DNA of 64,000 bases, taken from Zootoca vivipara. Its lineage: Eukaryota. Location of the stretch: contig NC_083282.1 in assembly GCF_963506605.1 (NCBI RefSeq), forward strand, positions 8,928,001 through 8,992,000, read 5' to 3'. Below the pieces are notes generated by a model. It saw only the letters and a list, made by a program, of their open reading frames with translations, made no database searches and was not told the origin of the DNA. The translations under genes were made by a program, and so were the position numbers. This document shows positions 60,521 to 64,000 of this stretch, piece by piece (positions within the stretch are counted from its first letter, which is position 1; every line of letters begins with the position of its first letter).

Positions 60521-61715
60521 TGTGAGAGGACTTTTCTAGGAAAAATGAGGCCAATAATCTAGGGACAAACAAAAAAATTCCAGAGAAAAATTTTCTGACC
60601 ATTTTTTTGGGGGGGGGGAGGGGGAATGTTGGGAGACCACGTGTCTGTTTACCAGCTTGACTGGTAGGTAAGCCAGGTCAGCTAGAAATGGAGCTGTGGG
60701 GAACATGTGGGGAAGGAGCCTCCAGATAGGGTAAAGGGAAGTTGCTGGTGCATTGATGCATTGGAGGCTGGTCCCATGCAAGGGAAGTGGGGACTTGGAT
60801 TGTGGCATTAAGGAAAGACAGAAGGAAGGAAAGTCTGTGGGGGATGAAGGACAGAGGAGAATGGAAGGGGAAAATGCTGAGGAGTGCAGACAGCATCCCC
60901 TGGGGCTCTGAGGATCCTTGAGACCTTAATAAGGGATAGGAAACTTGGTACAATTTCTTTTTTGAGCTCCACCTGAATGGTAGGAAAATCCCCTCCCCCA
61001 GAAAATATTTGGTATATAACCTCTCTAGTTTCACCATCCATGATTTTTTTGGTGCAACTGTAGCTCCAGTGTTAATATTGTTTAATGATATTTTAAGGAA
61101 GTCATGGGCTTGGTCCCTACCTGTTCTGTTCCTCCTCCCTTAACCCACTACTTCTTTCATCCACCAATATGAACCACCTAGAGTCCTGATCTGGGGGAAA
61201 GGCAAGCCAAAAATAATTATAATAGCAACTACAACTAACAACAGAGTGTTATTCAACATTAAGTGAGCCAAAATTTCTCAAGAAAGAACTTTGAGAAGCC
61301 ATTGTTCTCTTTCTCTTTCCTTCACTGAGAGAAACTAGCAGCAGAGCAGAGACAGAACTACATCAATGCCTGGGCAGATCATTTCCTGGACCGCATTGAG
61401 AAACTATTTTTAAATATCCCCAGAGATGAAAGGGAGAACGGACCATAGAAATCAATGAAACAAATGTTGATGTAGCCAGGACTGGGAACCCCCAGTGTTG
61501 TCCACCCCACTGCTAAAACAAAAACAAACAAACTCCCATGCGATAGCAGCAGAGTGATCTTGCTGTTTCTTAACTGATACCTTATTTACTGAAAATTAGC
61601 CCCACTAATACAGATTCCAAAGCAAATACAGCCCCTATTGCTGCCAGCTGGGAAAGGCTCTTGCTGAGATCTAGCCTTAGTGTCATTCACTCTGAATGCT
61701 GCAGGATAGGCTCTA

Positions 61716-62220
61716 AAAAAGGTAAGTCAGTCAGTCAAGTTTATTGCTTATAGCCAAAGGCTGCTGCGCTGCAATGTATACAATGCCATTCAATAAAATA
61801 TATACTAATTTGATACAAAAACTTAAAACATTCGTATTGCTCTAAAAAGGTAAAGGTAAAGGACCCCTGACAGTAAAGTCCAGTCGTGAACGCGAACAAC
61901 TCTGGGGTGGCAGTGCTCATCTCGCTTTACTGGCCGAGGGAGCCGGCGTTTGTCCACAGACAGTTTTTCCAGGTCATGTGGCCAGCATGACTAAGCCACT
62001 TCTGGCAAAACCAGAGCAGTGCATGGAAATGCTGTTTACCTTCCCGCCAGAGCAGTACCTATTTATCTACTTGTATTTGATGTGCTTTCGAACTGCTGGG
62101 TTGGCAGGAGCTGGGACCAAGCAACGGGAGCTCACCCCATCACGGGGATTCGAACCGCTGACCTTCTGATCAGCAAGCCCTAGGCTCAGTGGTTTAGACC
62201 GCAGCGCCACCCGTGTCCCA
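61716..62220 (-). mobile_element. Full-length Sauria SINE with interrupted tail
   Basis: Body at 61847-62220. 13-bp TSD aggataggctcta (61703-61715, 62222-62234). Confidence 0.92.
61726..61838 (-). mobile_element. Short retroposed 3' end (AATAAA plus (TGAC)n tail) inserted in a SINE tail
   Basis: Flanked by a gctctaaaaa(a)ggtaa duplication (61710-61725, 61839-61853). Confidence 0.65.
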
Positions 62221-62237
62221 TAGGATAGGCTCTAGGC

Positions 62238-62737
62238 CAGTGTTTCTCAAACTTTTATGGGCCAAGGCACACTTGTTCCATGAAAAAAATCACGAGGCAC
62301 ACCATCATTAAAAAAAGTTAAAAAATTTAACTCTGTGCCGCCCTATATTGACTATATAATTATGACTGTAAGAAACACTTGCCAATTGCTGTGTTGGTTG
62401 CAATCTCCTGTAATAAGGCTTCACAAGCCGCTGATTTCTCTGCCAGCACAATCCTTTGCTCAGCAAGTTTCAGGTTGAGCTCATCCAGCCAGCTTCTTTA
62501 AGTTTGTCTAAATTTTAGACTCTAAAACCACCACCCCGTGGTGGTGGCTGTTGAGAGCTGCACTCGCCCCGCGTCGTGACCCGGCCGGCTTCCTTTCTGG
62601 CGGGTCAGTAATGTGTATTGGCGGCCGCCAGGCACGTGACAATGCAAATCACCCTTCTCGTCGCCGCACGTCGCGGCACACCAGCCAGCGTCTCGCGGCA
62701 CACTAGTGTGCCGCGGAACAGCGGTTGAGAAACGCTG
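62238..62737. mobile_element. 500-bp non-autonomous hAT element carrying captured host sequence (Pack-TIR-like)
   Basis: TIR cagtgtttctcaa / ttgagaaacgctg (12/13). Perfect 8-bp TSD ctctaggc (62230-62237, 62738-62745). Confidence 0.93.
62383..62511 (-). pseudogene. DNAH10: Captured exon fragment of an axonemal dynein heavy chain (stalk coiled coil), frameshifted
   Basis: Minus strand reads LDKLKEA, then 2 nt, then LDELNLKLAEQRIVLAEKSAACEALLQEIATNTAI followed by G|GCAAGT. Recalled human DNAH10: LDKLKEATIQLDELNQKLAEQKIVLAEKSAACEALLEEIAVNTAV. Confidence 0.82.
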
Positions 62738-63298
62738 CTCTAGGCGACTTACAATACCCCTGCAGGTATTGTCTGGAGGTATGAAACCTCAACTGCTTGA
62801 TGGGTTGGGCAGAAGCTGAGAAAGAAGTTTACAACAACCCTGAACTGTTCACCACTGCTTTAATCCTCATGTTACTTGTTGAGTTGAAGAGTAGTATACA
62901 ACAACCTCTGTTGTGTCCCTATTACAGACTGGAAGGGCTGCACTACGAAAGCATTTCATGGCAGCCCTGAAACTGCAGTCCACTGCTAACACGGCAGGTT
63001 AGAAGTGGGTTTGGAAGCTGGTTTGGATTCTCAGTGAAAAATTCCCCACAATTCTCAGGTTGCCGCAAAGGTCAATCTACTTATATCACCTCCTTGGACC
63101 TCCTCTCAGGCCAAATCCATCCATCAATTGCTAGCATAAGTCTCATGCTCCATTGACTTGCATGCAGACTGGGTGCAATTTTAAAGGTTCACAAAATAAA
63201 ATGGGGAGGGAGTTTGCACATGTAGTAAAACCAAAGTCAGCATAGCAGCTTCTGTCAGTGATACAAAGTTTTATTTTTATGCCTCCTTTATCCACAGA

Positions 63299-63302
<4 letters not shown>

Positions 63303-63365
<63 letters not shown>
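63303..63365. repeat. (CT)n microsatellite
   Basis: Direct reading. Confidence 0.97.
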
Positions 63366-63370
<5 letters not shown>

Positions 63371-63412
63371 CAAACACACACAGGATATTTTGCAACAACT
63401 GATGCAGGGCCC

Positions 63413-63552
63413 GATTTATTTATTCCTTACATTTATTTCCCAACTTTCATCTAAGAAGCTCAGGACAGCTTATATATCATTCTCTCCACCCTCCACTTTA
63501 TCCTCACAACAACTCTGTAAGGTAGGTTAGGCTGAGATATAGCAATTGGCCA
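63413..63552 (-). mobile_element. Squam3-like SINE, 3' half
   Basis: atcctcacaacaactctgtaaggtaggttaggctgaga is the reverse complement of the core at 27500-27540. Confidence 0.7.
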
Positions 63553-63594
63553 TCCAATAATTATGATGATGGTGGTGGTGGTGGTGATGATGAT

Positions 63595-63965
63595 ATACTG
63601 CACATCTGACTGGGTTGCCCCAGCCACTCTGGGGAGCTCTCCCCCCCCCAAAAAAAATCACAATAAAACATCAACTGTTAAAAACTTCCTTCATATGTCT
63701 TCTAAAAGTCAAATAGCTGTTTATCTGGTTGACATCTGATGGGAAGGTGTTCCACAGAGAGGACGCCACTACCAAGAAGGCCCTCTGCCTGACTCCTTGT
63801 AACCTCACTTCTCGCACTGAGGGAACTGCCAGAAGACCCTCAGAGCTGGACCTGTGTTCTGGGCTGAACAATGGGGGTGGAGACGCTCCTTCAGGTATAC
63901 TGGGCCAAAGACTTTAAAGGTCAGCACCAACACTTTGAATTGTGCTCGGAAACATACCGGGAGTG
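63595..63965 (-). mobile_element. L2-clade LINE 3' fragment
   Basis: RSSSEGLLAVPSVREVRLQGVRQRAFLVVASSLWNTFP translation. Confidence 0.8.
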
Positions 63966-64000
63966 TAATGGTGTTGGTTGCTTCCTCACGAGTAAGTAGT

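Noticed and set aside
62383-62511. Genuine DNAH10 exon
   Set aside because: Frameshifted, lacks the exon's 5' part, lies within TIR/TSD, and no other dynein exons were seen in the window.
1-64000. Naming the host locus
   Set aside because: No native exon is recognisable and the most informative segments appear to be masked.

Overview
This is eukaryotic vertebrate DNA, almost certainly a squamate and probably a lacertid lizard, judged from Sauria SINEs, Squam3-like SINEs, CR1/L2 fragments and reptile-type Penelope ends. No intact host gene or recognisable native exon is visible. The window reads as an intron or gene desert with enhancer-like blocks, densely colonised by retroposons, solo LTRs, MITEs and microsatellites. 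The main signal is host-gene capture by two unrelated non-autonomous DNA transposons (Pack-TIR-like). A 1.37-kb Tc1/mariner (Tc2/pogo-like) element at 40745-42116 carries a probable 5'UTR, the start codon and an ArfGAP-domain fragment of an AGFG1-family gene, apparently across a spliced exon junction. A 500-bp hAT element at 62238-62737 carries a fragment of a dynein heavy chain (DNAH10-like) stalk exon plus a donor-like site. Other observations: minimal hammerhead-ribozyme motifs in Penelope fragments, several precisely resolvable nested insertions, an OC1-like hAT, and a CTCF-like site in a Helitron. Eight N-runs all have lengths of 4 mod 8, which points to algorithmic masking (probably of deeply conserved sequence) rather than assembly gaps. 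Gene and family names come from my recall of the sequences, not from a database search.
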